Part shown: one piece after another, positions 23,207-32,499 of the stretch
Layout: each line of letters opens with the position of its first letter
Position numbering within the stretch: the first letter of the stretch is position 1
Assembly: GCA_046331705.1 (NCBI GenBank)
Contig: JAXLQJ010000009.1
Location: forward strand, 62,001 to 126,000
From: a bacterium
Lineage (GTDB): Bacteria > JADJOY01
Reading direction: 5' to 3'
Length of the DNA stretch: 64,000 bases
Made by a program: the position numbers and the translations under genes
The notes under the pieces: model-generated
The model's input: the letters and a program-made list of their open reading frames with translations, nothing else
Told to the model about the DNA's origin: nothing
The model's database searches: none

Positions 23207-23665
23207 TCATCCCGCCGAGCGTCGACCCTGGGTGGCGAACGCGCGCACGTGCTCCTGGATCTCGTCCTCGGGCCGGTGCCGCAGCAGCATCACGATCATG
23301 CCCTCGAAGTCGCGGCGCGTGTCCGCGTCGAGGCTGCGCACCAGGCGGATCAACGCACGCTCCTGGCTGGTCAGCTGAATCGGCTCGGCGGCGGTCGGCT
23401 CGAGGGCGCGTTGCTCGGCGGACCAGCCTTGGCGTTCGACGTAGTGCGCGAGGCGATCGCGGCGCGCGATCTCGCGGGTCTCCTCCACGTCCAGCCCGAG
23501 CACCTCGGCGATCTGCTCGCAGCGGCGCTCGGTGGGCGCGTCGACCCGGCCCTTCTCGAGCAGGTGGATGTAGGTGTTGGTGACGCCGATCTCTTGGGCG
23601 AGCCGCGCTTGCGAGAAGCCGGCCTCGCGGCGCTTGCGTCGAAGGTACTCGCCGAATCCCGTCAC
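23207..23665 (-). CDS. XRE-family helix-turn-helix transcriptional regulator
   Basis: FGEYLRRKRREAGFSQARLAQEIGVTNTYIHLLEKGR; C-terminal LTSQERALIRLVRSLD helix. Confidence 0.9.
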   Translation of the reverse strand: MTGFGEYLRRKRREAGFSQARLAQEIGVTNTYIHLLEKGRVDAPTERRCEQIAEVLGLDVEETREIARRDRLAHYVERQGWSAEQRALEPTAAEPIQLTSQERALIRLVRSLDADTRRDFEGMIVMLLRHRPEDEIQEHVRAFATQGRRSAG

Positions 23666-23775
23666 GCTGCCACCCGTCGCGTCCGCCGTGCGCCCATCGA
23701 GACTCGTGCCACTCGTTCCGCGACTGCGCTCAGAATAGGACGCGCGCGCGGCGGATGAGAAGCGCTCGTAACCCG

Positions 23776-23826
23776 ACGATAATTAAACCGCTCGCTTGAC
23801 ACAATAAACTAATTCGCTTTATTGTG
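23776..23826. promoter_or_regulatory. Overlapping divergent sigma70 promoters with operator-like inverted repeat
   Basis: + strand TTGACA(23796)-18 nt-TATTGT; - strand TTGTGT-17 nt-TATCGT; CACAATAAA-N9-TTTATTGTG at 23800-23826; conspicuous AT-rich patch. Confidence 0.75.
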
Positions 23827-23850
23827 CCGCGTAGCCTGGATGCCGCCGCC

Positions 23851-24783
23851 GTGAACCGCCCCATTCCCCTACCCGACCGTCGCGCGCGACCATCCCGCGA
23901 GGCGCGCCTGGCCGCGAAGCTGCGGCGGACCGCGTTCGTGGTGAGCGCGTTCCTGGCCGGCAACGCGCTCGCGGTGCTCGCCGCGCGCTCGCTTCCGCCG
24001 TCGCATCGACCGTTCGCGACGGCCGCGTCTCGCCTGGCGACCGCCGCGCGGACGGAGAGCGGCGCGACGCCCGGCGACCCTCCGCTCGAGACGATCTTCC
24101 AGCGAAACCTGTTCGGAGCGCAGCGCACGGTGGCGGTGCCGCCGCCCGCCCCGCCGGTCCCGAACGCCGCCGCAGCGCGACGCTACGAGCTCATCGGCAC
24201 CGTCGTCGGCAGCGATCCGCGCGAGTCGCAAGCGATCCTGCGCGCCAAGGGCGGCGACACCGAGGCCTTCACGGTGCGCCCGCGGCAGGTGCTCGAGGGC
24301 GGCACCGAGGTCCTCGCGATCGAGCGAAGGCGCGTGCTCTTGGCCATCGACGGGATCGTCCAGGCGCTGTCGTTCGAGCTCGAGTCGGTGGTCGACACCG
24401 GCGCCGCGGTCGGCGACGCGAGCGACGCGCGCGCGCCGCAAGTCGCGTCCGACGACACGCGCGGCGAACCGATCGCCATCGACGCGGCGACCTTCGATCG
24501 AGTCGTCCGCGACCCCACGCCGCTCGCCTCCGACGCGCGCTCGGCACCGGCCCTCGTCGGTGGCCAGCTCGGCGGCTGGCGCGTGCTCGGGATCCGCCGC
24601 GGCTCGCTCTTCGAGCGGCTGGGGCTGCGCGACGGCGACGTCGTGCAGCGCGTCAACTCGGCGCCGCTCACGAGCATCGAGGCGACGCTCGCCACCCTGA
24701 ACGGGCTACGGAGTTCCCGCGAGCTCGAGGTCCAGTTGCTGCGCGACCAGCGGCAACGAACGCTCGCTTACCAGGTGCGTTGA
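23851..24783 (+). CDS. gspC: Type II secretion protein C-like (copy 1; TM-HR-PDZ)
   Basis: TM, IFQRNLFG, YELIGTVVG HR domain, GSLFERLGLRDGDVVQRVN PDZ; start uncertain (23824 or 23851). Confidence 0.75.
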   Translation: MNRPIPLPDRRARPSREARLAAKLRRTAFVVSAFLAGNALAVLAARSLPPSHRPFATAASRLATAARTESGATPGDPPLETIFQRNLFGAQRTVAVPPPAPPVPNAAAARRYELIGTVVGSDPRESQAILRAKGGDTEAFTVRPRQVLEGGTEVLAIERRRVLLAIDGIVQALSFELESVVDTGAAVGDASDARAPQVASDDTRGEPIAIDAATFDRVVRDPTPLASDARSAPALVGGQLGGWRVLGIRRGSLFERLGLRDGDVVQRVNSAPLTSIEATLATLNGLRSSRELEVQLLRDQRQRTLAYQVR

Positions 24784-24961
24784 CCGTGCGGCGCGGCCAC
24801 CGACCCGAGTCGTACCGCCGCGCGCCGCGCGCGCGGCCTGCATCCGCCCTCGCGACGCGCGCCGCCGACTCCGCAAACGCCCCCCCAGCCAGCGGATTTC
24901 GCGCCGGCCCCGTTTCTTTTCGTGGCGCGGACTGCCACTCTTGCGGGCCCGGGACCCATCG

Positions 24962-25882
24962 ATGAAACGAGCAGCGCAACTCGCGCGGTGGCTGGCGTTC
25001 GTCGTGACCGCGCTTGCCGCGGCCGACCTGATCGCTCACGTGGTGGCGAACCGCCTCGCTGCAGGACAAGGCGTGGTGGCTCGAAACGTCGCCGGCGCCG
25101 CCGGCGCCCGGTCGCGCCCGCGTCAAAACGATCGCTACTACGTGGAACCGGTTCTCAAGCGCAATTTGTTTCGCATCACCTCGCCCGACGCGCCGGCGCC
25201 CACGAAGAGCAAGGAAGAGGACAAGGGGCCGCTCCAGACCAGCGCGCTCTCGCAGCGCTTCGAGCTGGTGGGCACGGTCGTCTCGGCCGATGCCGCCGAG
25301 TCGGTCGCCGTGGTGCAGGAGCGCGCCGGCGCCCAGGAGGCGAAGCTCTACGCGATCGGCGACAGGCTCGGCGACGAAGCGGACATCGTGTCCGTGGACC
25401 CGCAACGAATCGTGCTCGACGTGGGCGGACGCCGGGAACAGATCGCCATCGAGCTCGAGGGCGATCAGCCGGGCGCGAACCCGCCGTTTCGCGCCGCCGG
25501 CGCCGCGGTGGCGCCCACCGCCCCCGCCACCGAGCTGGCGGACGGCATCCGTCGCAATCCCGACGGCAGCTTCACCCTCGACTCGCGCATGGTGGAGAAC
25601 CAGCTCACCAACCTCTCGGAGCTGCTGACCCAGGCACGCGCGGTGCCCAACTTCGAGGACGGCAAGACCAACGGCTTTCGGCTCTTCAGCATCAAGCGCG
25701 GCTCGATCTTCGATCAGATCGGTCTGCGCAACGGTGACGTGATCCGCAAGGTGAACTCGAACGAGCTCAACGATCCCGCGGTGGCGCTCAACGTGTTCCA
25801 GGAGCTACGCAGCTCGCGCGATTTCCAGGTCACCGTGCTCCGCAACAACCACGAAGAGACGCTCTCCTACCAGGTGCGCTGA
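24962..25882 (+). CDS. gspC: Type II secretion protein C (copy 2; TM-HR-PDZ)
   Basis: KRNLF, FELVGTVVS, QARAVPNFEDGKTNGFRLFSIKRGSIFDQIGLRNGDVI. Confidence 0.88.
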   Translation: MKRAAQLARWLAFVVTALAAADLIAHVVANRLAAGQGVVARNVAGAAGARSRPRQNDRYYVEPVLKRNLFRITSPDAPAPTKSKEEDKGPLQTSALSQRFELVGTVVSADAAESVAVVQERAGAQEAKLYAIGDRLGDEADIVSVDPQRIVLDVGGRREQIAIELEGDQPGANPPFRAAGAAVAPTAPATELADGIRRNPDGSFTLDSRMVENQLTNLSELLTQARAVPNFEDGKTNGFRLFSIKRGSIFDQIGLRNGDVIRKVNSNELNDPAVALNVFQELRSSRDFQVTVLRNNHEETLSYQVR

Positions 25883-25936
25883 CGCGCGCCGCGCACGGAA
25901 CGGCCTCGCGTGCCTACTCACTCGAACGAGGTTGGA

Positions 25937-28900
25937 ATGCGAATGCGGATTCGCCCCATCGTCGCCCTGATCGGCGTCGCTCTCGCAGGGATGGTCCTCG
26001 CCAGCGCCGCGTGGGCGCAGGCGCCCGCCGCGCCCGAGGCGCCCGTGCCGGAGAATCCCGCTTGCACCAAGCCGGACCCCACCCGGAAGTACACGTTCAA
26101 CTTCCACAAGATCGAGATCGAGAAGCTCGTCCAGATCATCAACCAGATCACCTGCAGGACGATCCTCTTCGAAGAGAAGGTGCGCCAGAAGGTCTCGATC
26201 TTCTCGCAGGAAACCGTCACCGCCGACGAAGCCTTCGAGCTCTTCCAGGCGGCGCTCGACGCAGGCGGCCAGTACACGCTGGTGCCGTTCGATCGTCCGC
26301 CCTACAAGTACAAGATCGTGCTCGCACGCGACGTGAAGGGCATGGGGATCCCCACCGCTTCCGGGCGTGAGGAGCCTGCCGTCGAGTCGCTGATCGTCAC
26401 GCAGATGGTGCGGCTCAAGTACGTCGACGCTGCCGAGCTCGCGCAGGTCCTTCAGCAGCTCATCTCGCGCGATGCGTCGATCGTGCCGTACCCGCCCACC
26501 AACACGCTCATCATCACCGACACCGGCGCCAACATCCGCCGGCTGCTCGAGATGATCGCCGCCGTCGACGTGCAGGAGAGCGAGCAGAAGATCGAGGTGC
26601 TGAGCCTCCAGTTCGCCGCCGCCGCCGACATCGCCGAGAAGGTGGCGCAGATCCTCGCCAGCCCGGAGGACACCGGCGCGACACCCGGACGCACGATCCG
26701 CACGAATCCCACGCCGCGGCCGCCGACGCCCGGCGGTGTCCCCGGTGGCACGCCCGCCGAGGTCGAGATCTCGCCGGGCAAGCAAGCCAAGATCCTGCCC
26801 TACGAGCGCACCAACTCGATCATCGTGGTCGCCGGCCAGGCCGAGATCGAGAAGGTACGCGAGCTGGTGCGTCAGCTCGACTTCGACGCCCCGCCGGGTC
26901 GCGCCCACTTCAACGTCGTGCACCTCAAGTACGCGCGCGCCGACGAGATCGTGGAGGTGCTCGCGCAGCTGCTGGGCGGCGGCGGTGGTGGCAGCGGGCT
27001 GAGCTCGCGGTCGAGCTCGCGGAACCGCAACCTGTCTTCCTCGTCGTCGTCGAGCCGCTTCGGCACCTCGAGCACCCTCGGCGGCACCAGCAGCAACGTC
27101 GCCGGGCTGGGCTCCACGCTGGGCTCCGCCGCGCCGCTCAACCGTTCGGACACGGGCGGCGGGGTCACCCGCGCCGCTGCCGAGGCCGGCGAGCAGTTCA
27201 CCGGCCAGGTTTCCGTGACCGCCGATCCCGCCACCAACTCGCTGCTGGTGTCGGCGTCGCCCGAGGACTTCCGCGTGCTGCGACCGGTGATCGACGAGCT
27301 GGACGTGCGACGTCGTCAGGTCTTCGTCGAAGCCGCGATCCTCGAGGTGGTGCTCGACGACTCCCAGACCCTCGGCGTCCAGGCGTCCTCGATCACCGGC
27401 GACGGCAACATGGTGGGCCTGGTGCGCTCGACGCTCGGCGATTCGGGCTCGGCGATCGGCAACGTCCTCGCCGATCCGATCACCAACTTTCCCGCGGGTT
27501 TCGGAGCGGCGCTCACCTCCACGGAAACAGTCCAGATCAAGGACGCGCAGGGCAACACCGTCGAGGTGCCCGCGGTCGCGGCGCTGATCCAGGCGCTCCA
27601 GGCCAACTCCAACGTCAACGTCCTCTCGACGCCGCACATCCTGACCACCGACAACGAGGAAGCGCAGATCGTCGTGGGCCAGACGGTGCCCTTCCCGACG
27701 GGCACGGTGTTCTCGAACGGCGGCGTGAACCCCGTTCAGACGGTGGAGCGCCAGGACGTCGGCCTGACGCTGCGGCTGACGCCCCAGATCAGCGAGGGCG
27801 GCTACGTCCGCCTCGACATCTTCCAGGAAGTCTCGGCGGTGGTGCCGACCTCGAACACGCAGATCCTCACCACCCTCGGCCCCACCACCACCAAGCGCTC
27901 CGCCGAGACCCGCGTGATCGTGAAGGACAACCAGACGGTGGCGATCGGCGGCCTGATCCAGGACCGCACCACCACGATCGAGTCGAAGATCCCGTACCTC
28001 GGCGACATCCCCTACCTGGGATGGCTCTTCTCGGTGAATACCGATCACGTCGAGAAGGTCAACCTCATGATCCTGCTCACACCACGGGTCATCCGGGACG
28101 ACGGCGATCTCTCGATGATCACCAACAACAAGCGCCAGGACAGCAACGACTTCTACAAGGGCAGCGGCCAGGTGAACCCGGCCGAGAACTACCTCGATCG
28201 CGCGCGCGAGCAGTACCCGCCGCGTCCCGACGTGCCGGTCGCGCCGACCAAGACGTTCACGTACACGCCGCCGCGCGCCGTGGACGGCCGTAGCACCGAA
28301 GGCCTCGAGAGCACCACGCCGTCGGGTCCCGCGGCGGCACCGGGTGGTCTCATTCCCACCGGGCGCGGCGGCGCAAGCGCGCCGGCCGCCGGCCCAACCT
28401 CGCAGCTCGCACCAGCGCCATCCCGGTTGCCGGCCGCCACGGCCACGACCGCGGCGGCAACTGCAGCCGCGACCGCCGCAACCGTGACTCCGCCCGCGGC
28501 GGCGCCCCCGCGAACGCTCGAGGTGGTGCCCGAGCCCGAAGCTCCCGAAAGCACCGCGGCGCGCTCCGCCACGGTCAGCCCGGAGCGCGCCGGGCCGGTC
28601 CGCGCGGCCCTCGGCCCGGTGCCACCGCCGGGCTTCGAGTCGAGCCCGCTCACGCTCAGCATCCAGACCGCCGCCGGGAAGTCGCAGCGCGTCGTCGGCT
28701 TGCTCGTCTACGTCGACGGCGAGCTGATCTTCTCCCGGCACGCCGACACCGGTCTTCTCGACACGCCGGCCCCCCTCACGCTGTTCGTGAACGGCGTCGC
28801 GGGCGGCGATCACGAGGTCAAGATCTCGCTCGATCTCGTGGACGCGTCGCGCACCGCGCGCGAGGTGAACGCCGCGTTCCAGGTCGCCGTGTCCGCCGAG

Positions 28901-28996
28901 TCCCGCAAGCTGGTGCGCGCCAAGGTGCTCGAGCCCAAGGGCCGAGCGGGCAGCGCGCCGACGATCCTGTGGACGGAGAGCGAGGAGGAGGCGTGA
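25937..28996 (+). CDS. gspD: Type II secretion secretin with long C-terminal extension
   Basis: N0-N3 repeats (TNTLII, TNSIIV, TNSLLV), LDVRRRQVFVEAAILEV, VLSTPHILTTDNEEA, DVGLTLRLTPQI, IGGLI, KIPYLGDIPYLGWLF. Confidence 0.93.
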   Translation: MRMRIRPIVALIGVALAGMVLASAAWAQAPAAPEAPVPENPACTKPDPTRKYTFNFHKIEIEKLVQIINQITCRTILFEEKVRQKVSIFSQETVTADEAFELFQAALDAGGQYTLVPFDRPPYKYKIVLARDVKGMGIPTASGREEPAVESLIVTQMVRLKYVDAAELAQVLQQLISRDASIVPYPPTNTLIITDTGANIRRLLEMIAAVDVQESEQKIEVLSLQFAAAADIAEKVAQILASPEDTGATPGRTIRTNPTPRPPTPGGVPGGTPAEVEISPGKQAKILPYERTNSIIVVAGQAEIEKVRELVRQLDFDAPPGRAHFNVVHLKYARADEIVEVLAQLLGGGGGGSGLSSRSSSRNRNLSSSSSSSRFGTSSTLGGTSSNVAGLGSTLGSAAPLNRSDTGGGVTRAAAEAGEQFTGQVSVTADPATNSLLVSASPEDFRVLRPVIDELDVRRRQVFVEAAILEVVLDDSQTLGVQASSITGDGNMVGLVRSTLGDSGSAIGNVLADPITNFPAGFGAALTSTETVQIKDAQGNTVEVPAVAALIQALQANSNVNVLSTPHILTTDNEEAQIVVGQTVPFPTGTVFSNGGVNPVQTVERQDVGLTLRLTPQISEGGYVRLDIFQEVSAVVPTSNTQILTTLGPTTTKRSAETRVIVKDNQTVAIGGLIQDRTTTIESKIPYLGDIPYLGWLFSVNTDHVEKVNLMILLTPRVIRDDGDLSMITNNKRQDSNDFYKGSGQVNPAENYLDRAREQYPPRPDVPVAPTKTFTYTPPRAVDGRSTEGLESTTPSGPAAAPGGLIPTGRGGASAPAAGPTSQLAPAPSRLPAATATTAAATAAATAATVTPPAAAPPRTLEVVPEPEAPESTAARSATVSPERAGPVRAALGPVPPPGFESSPLTLSIQTAAGKSQRVVGLLVYVDGELIFSRHADTGLLDTPAPLTLFVNGVAGGDHEVKISLDLVDASRTAREVNAAFQVAVSAESRKLVRAKVLEPKGRAGSAPTILWTESEEEA

Positions 28997-30702
28997 CGAG
29001 CCTCGCGCGCCTACGCATCGGCGAGATCCTGGTCCGCGCGGGTGTCGTCACCGCGGACCAGGTCGACGAAGCGCTCGCGGTCCAAGCCCAGAAGGGCGGG
29101 CGCCTCGGCGAGGTGCTGATCGGGCTCAAGCGCGTCGACGAGACCGACGTCGGCCAGGCGCTCGCGCAACAGCTCGGCCTGCCGTTCGTGGGCGACCTCG
29201 CGACCCAGGAGATCAGCTCCGAGGTCGTGGGCCTGGTGCCGATCGCGTTCGCGAAACGCTTCGGCCTGCTGCCGCTCGCGCGCGAGCACGGTGCCGTGCG
29301 CCTCGCGGTGACGGACCCGCTCGACCTGGCCGCCATCGATCAGGTGGCGCGGCTGGTGGGCGCGCGGCCGAGGCTCGTCGTCACCTCGCCCAAGGCGCTG
29401 CTGGACGTGGTCAACCGCACCTACGACGTGGCCGGCGACTCGGCGCGCGACATGATCGAGGATCTCGACATCGAGAGCCTCGACACCCTCGCGCACGAGC
29501 TCGAGGAGCCCGAGGACCTGCTCGACGCCGACAGCGAGGCGCCGATCATCCGGCTCCTCAACACGCTCATGGCGCAAGCGGTGAAGGAGCGCGCCAGCGA
29601 CATCCACATCGAGCCGTTCGAGCGCGATCTGGTGGTGCGGTTCCGGATCGACGGAATCCTGCACGACGTGCTGCGCCCGCCCAAGCGCATCCAGAGCTCC
29701 ATCACCTCGCGCGCCAAGATCATGGCGGGGCTCAACATCGCCGAGAAGCGGCTACCGCAGGACGGCCGCATCCGCATCAAGATCGGCGGCAAGGACATCG
29801 ACATCCGCGTCAGCGTGATCCCCGTCGCCCACGGCGAGCGCATCGTGATGCGACTCCTCGACAAGGCCACCGTGGTGCTCGACCTCGAGCAGCTGGGGCT
29901 GCTCGAGGATCATCGCAACACCATGGAGCGCCTCATCCACCGGCCCAACGGCATCTTGCTGGTGACGGGACCGACGGGTAGCGGCAAGACCACCACGCTC
30001 TACGCCGGCATCACGCGCATCAACTCCGTCGACAAGAACATCATCACCGTCGAGGACCCGGTCGAGTACCAGCTCCGCGGCATCGGCCAGATCCAGGTGC
30101 ATCCCAAGATCGGGCTCACGTTCGCGAGCGGCTTGCGCTCGATCCTGCGCCAGGACCCCGACGTGATCCTGGTCGGCGAGATCCGCGACCTCGAGACCGC
30201 CGAGATCGCGATCCAGGCCTCGCTCACCGGCCACTTGGTGTTCAGCACGCTCCACACCAACGACGCCCCGGGCGCCGTCACGCGGCTCGTGGACATGGGG
30301 GTCGAGGCGTTCCTGGTGGCATCGTCGCTGCTCGGCGTGCTGGCTCAGCGCCTGGTGCGCGTCATCTGCCCACAGTGCAAGAAGCCCTACCAGCCCGCGG
30401 TGGGCGAGATCGAAGAGATCGGCCTCACCCTCGCCGACCTGCCCGACGGCGTGATGTGGAAGGGCACGGGCTGCAACGCCTGCATGCGCACCGGCTACAA
30501 GGGCCGAACCGGGATCTACGAGCTCTTCGTGGTGAACGACACGGTGCGCGACGCGATCCTCGGCCGTGGCGATACCGCCACCGTGCGGCGCGCCGCGATG
30601 GCGAGCGGCATGCTCACGCTGCGCGCCGACGGCGCGCGCAAGGCGCTCGCCGGCATCACCACCATCGAAGAGGTGATTCGCGTCACCCAGGACGTGATGT
30701 GA
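28993..30702 (+). CDS. gspE: Type II secretion ATPase (MshEN-like N-terminus)
   Basis: RIGEILV/RLGEVLI, ASDIHIEP, GPTGSGKTTT, LRQDPDVILVGEIRD, STLHTND, two CxxC; GTG overlaps gspD stop. Confidence 0.95.
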   Translation: MTSLARLRIGEILVRAGVVTADQVDEALAVQAQKGGRLGEVLIGLKRVDETDVGQALAQQLGLPFVGDLATQEISSEVVGLVPIAFAKRFGLLPLAREHGAVRLAVTDPLDLAAIDQVARLVGARPRLVVTSPKALLDVVNRTYDVAGDSARDMIEDLDIESLDTLAHELEEPEDLLDADSEAPIIRLLNTLMAQAVKERASDIHIEPFERDLVVRFRIDGILHDVLRPPKRIQSSITSRAKIMAGLNIAEKRLPQDGRIRIKIGGKDIDIRVSVIPVAHGERIVMRLLDKATVVLDLEQLGLLEDHRNTMERLIHRPNGILLVTGPTGSGKTTTLYAGITRINSVDKNIITVEDPVEYQLRGIGQIQVHPKIGLTFASGLRSILRQDPDVILVGEIRDLETAEIAIQASLTGHLVFSTLHTNDAPGAVTRLVDMGVEAFLVASSLLGVLAQRLVRVICPQCKKPYQPAVGEIEEIGLTLADLPDGVMWKGTGCNACMRTGYKGRTGIYELFVVNDTVRDAILGRGDTATVRRAAMASGMLTLRADGARKALAGITTIEEVIRVTQDVM

Positions 30703-30734
30703 GGGTCGGTCCTCGCGACCACGTGTGAGCGCTC

Positions 30735-31967
30735 ATGCCGGTCTTCGAATACCGCGGCGTCAACGACAAGGGAAAGCCCGTCAAGGGCATCATCGACGCC
30801 GACAGCCCCCGGGCGGCGCGCGCCAAGCTGCGCAAGCAGAGCATCTTCGCCAGCGACCTGGTGGCCGAGACCGCCGCGGCGCAAAGCGGCCTGCTGGAAC
30901 GACGCTTCCGCCTCCGGTCGCTCTTCGAGTCCGTGAGCGTGATGGACGTCTCGGTGGTGGCGCGCCAGCTCTCGACCCTCACCGGCGCCGGCATGCCGCT
31001 GGTCGCGGCGCTGCAGGCCACCCTCGAGCAACAATCGAAGGAGAGCTTGCAAAAAGCGCTCACCAAGGTGCGCGAGCGCGTCAACGAGGGCGTGAGCCTC
31101 GCCGACTCGCTGCGCGAGCACCCGCGGATCTTCCCCGAGCTCTTCGTCGACATGGTGAAGTCCGGCGAGGCCTCGGGCGCCCTCGACATCGTGCTGGTGC
31201 GGCTCGCCGATTACCTCGAGGAGCACGCCCGCAACAGCGCCAAGATCAAGGCGGTGCTCACCTACCCGGCGCTGATGCTCACGGTGGCCGGCGTGATCGT
31301 GTTCCTGATCTTCACCAAGGCGATCCCGCAGCTCAAGCAGATCTTCCTCACGATGAACAAGACGCTGCCGCCGCTCACCCGGACGCTGATCAGCATCGGC
31401 GACTTCCTGAGCGCCTGGTGGTGGTTGATCGTGCTGGCGATCGTGGCGGGGCTGGCGGCGCTCGCCCGCTACGGCAAGACCGAGCGCGGCCGGCGCCGTC
31501 TCGACGGTGTGAAGCTCAAGATGCCGATCTTCGGCGAGCTCTTGCTCAAGATCTCGGTGGCGCGGTTCGCGCGCACGCTGGCGACGCTGCTCGCGAGCGG
31601 CATCCCCATCCTCAAGGCGCTCGAGATCGTCGAGGCGGTGGTGGCGAACCGGGTGCTGGCCGACGCCATCCAGGACGCACGCGGCTCGATCCAGGAAGGC
31701 GCCAGCATCTCCGCGCCGCTCAAGGCCAGCGGCGTCTTCCCGCCGATCCTCATCCACATGGTCGCGATCGGCGAGCAGAGCGGGCAGCTCGAGGACATGC
31801 TCGGCAAGGTCGCCAACGCCTACGACAACGAGGTGTCCACGGCCACCATGCGGCTCACCTCGCTGCTCGAGCCCATCATCATCCTGATCATGGCCGGGAT
31901 CGTCGTGTTCATCGCGCTGTCGATCCTGCAGCCCATCTTCCAGCTCAACCAGATCACGACGGCGTGA
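30735..31967 (+). CDS. gspF: Type II secretion inner membrane platform protein
   Basis: RQLSTLTGAG, GEASGALD, LTYP, IGEQSGQL, SLLEPIII. Confidence 0.95.
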   Translation: MPVFEYRGVNDKGKPVKGIIDADSPRAARAKLRKQSIFASDLVAETAAAQSGLLERRFRLRSLFESVSVMDVSVVARQLSTLTGAGMPLVAALQATLEQQSKESLQKALTKVRERVNEGVSLADSLREHPRIFPELFVDMVKSGEASGALDIVLVRLADYLEEHARNSAKIKAVLTYPALMLTVAGVIVFLIFTKAIPQLKQIFLTMNKTLPPLTRTLISIGDFLSAWWWLIVLAIVAGLAALARYGKTERGRRRLDGVKLKMPIFGELLLKISVARFARTLATLLASGIPILKALEIVEAVVANRVLADAIQDARGSIQEGASISAPLKASGVFPPILIHMVAIGEQSGQLEDMLGKVANAYDNEVSTATMRLTSLLEPIIILIMAGIVVFIALSILQPIFQLNQITTA

Positions 31968-31995
31968 ACGTGCCGGTTCCGAAGGAGGTTTGCCC

Positions 31996-32475
31996 ATGAA
32001 GCTCACGATGAACGGACGGCGACGCGCTCGCCCGTCCCGCCTGGCGCGACGCGACGAGCGCGGCTTCACGTTGATCGAGATCCTGGTGGTCGTCGCCATC
32101 ATCGCGATCTTCGCGACGGTGGTGGCGCTCAACGTCTCGGGCGAGGTGCCGAAGGCGAAGATCACCAAGGCCAAGAGCGACATCCAATCCCTCGAGAGCG
32201 CCCTCGACCAGTACAAGATGGACAACAGCATGTACCCGTCGACCGAGCAAGGGCTGCAGGCGCTGATGCAGCCCCCTGGCACGGGACGCGTGCCCAAGCA
32301 CTACCGCGACGGCGGTTACATCAAGCGGATGCCCTCGGACCCCTGGGGCAACCCGTACCTCTACGCGTCGCCCGGCGTGCACGGCGAGGTCGACATCTGG
32401 AGCTACGGCGCGGACGGGGCACCCGGCGGCGAAGGCACCGACGCCGAGATCGGCAACTGGAACCTGACCGAGTGA
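31996..32475 (+). CDS. gspG: Major pseudopilin
   Basis: AAGGAGG RBS; GFTLIEILVV; ALDQYKMDN.MYPSTEQGL; DPWGNPY; SYGADG. Confidence 0.95.
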   Translation: MKLTMNGRRRARPSRLARRDERGFTLIEILVVVAIIAIFATVVALNVSGEVPKAKITKAKSDIQSLESALDQYKMDNSMYPSTEQGLQALMQPPGTGRVPKHYRDGGYIKRMPSDPWGNPYLYASPGVHGEVDIWSYGADGAPGGEGTDAEIGNWNLTE

Positions 32476-32499
32476 AAGGCCGCCCCGGGGACCCCGCGC

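Noticed and set aside
26975-27190. Ser/Gly-rich insert in GspD
   Set aside because: A disordered loop in the N3 domain is a known feature of many T2SS secretins.
25805-28813. Long antisense ORFs (e.g. 1002 aa opposite gspD, 956 aa opposite lptD, 693 aa opposite bamA)
   Set aside because: Shadow ORFs produced by strong GC3 codon bias; no motifs, and they mirror known genes.
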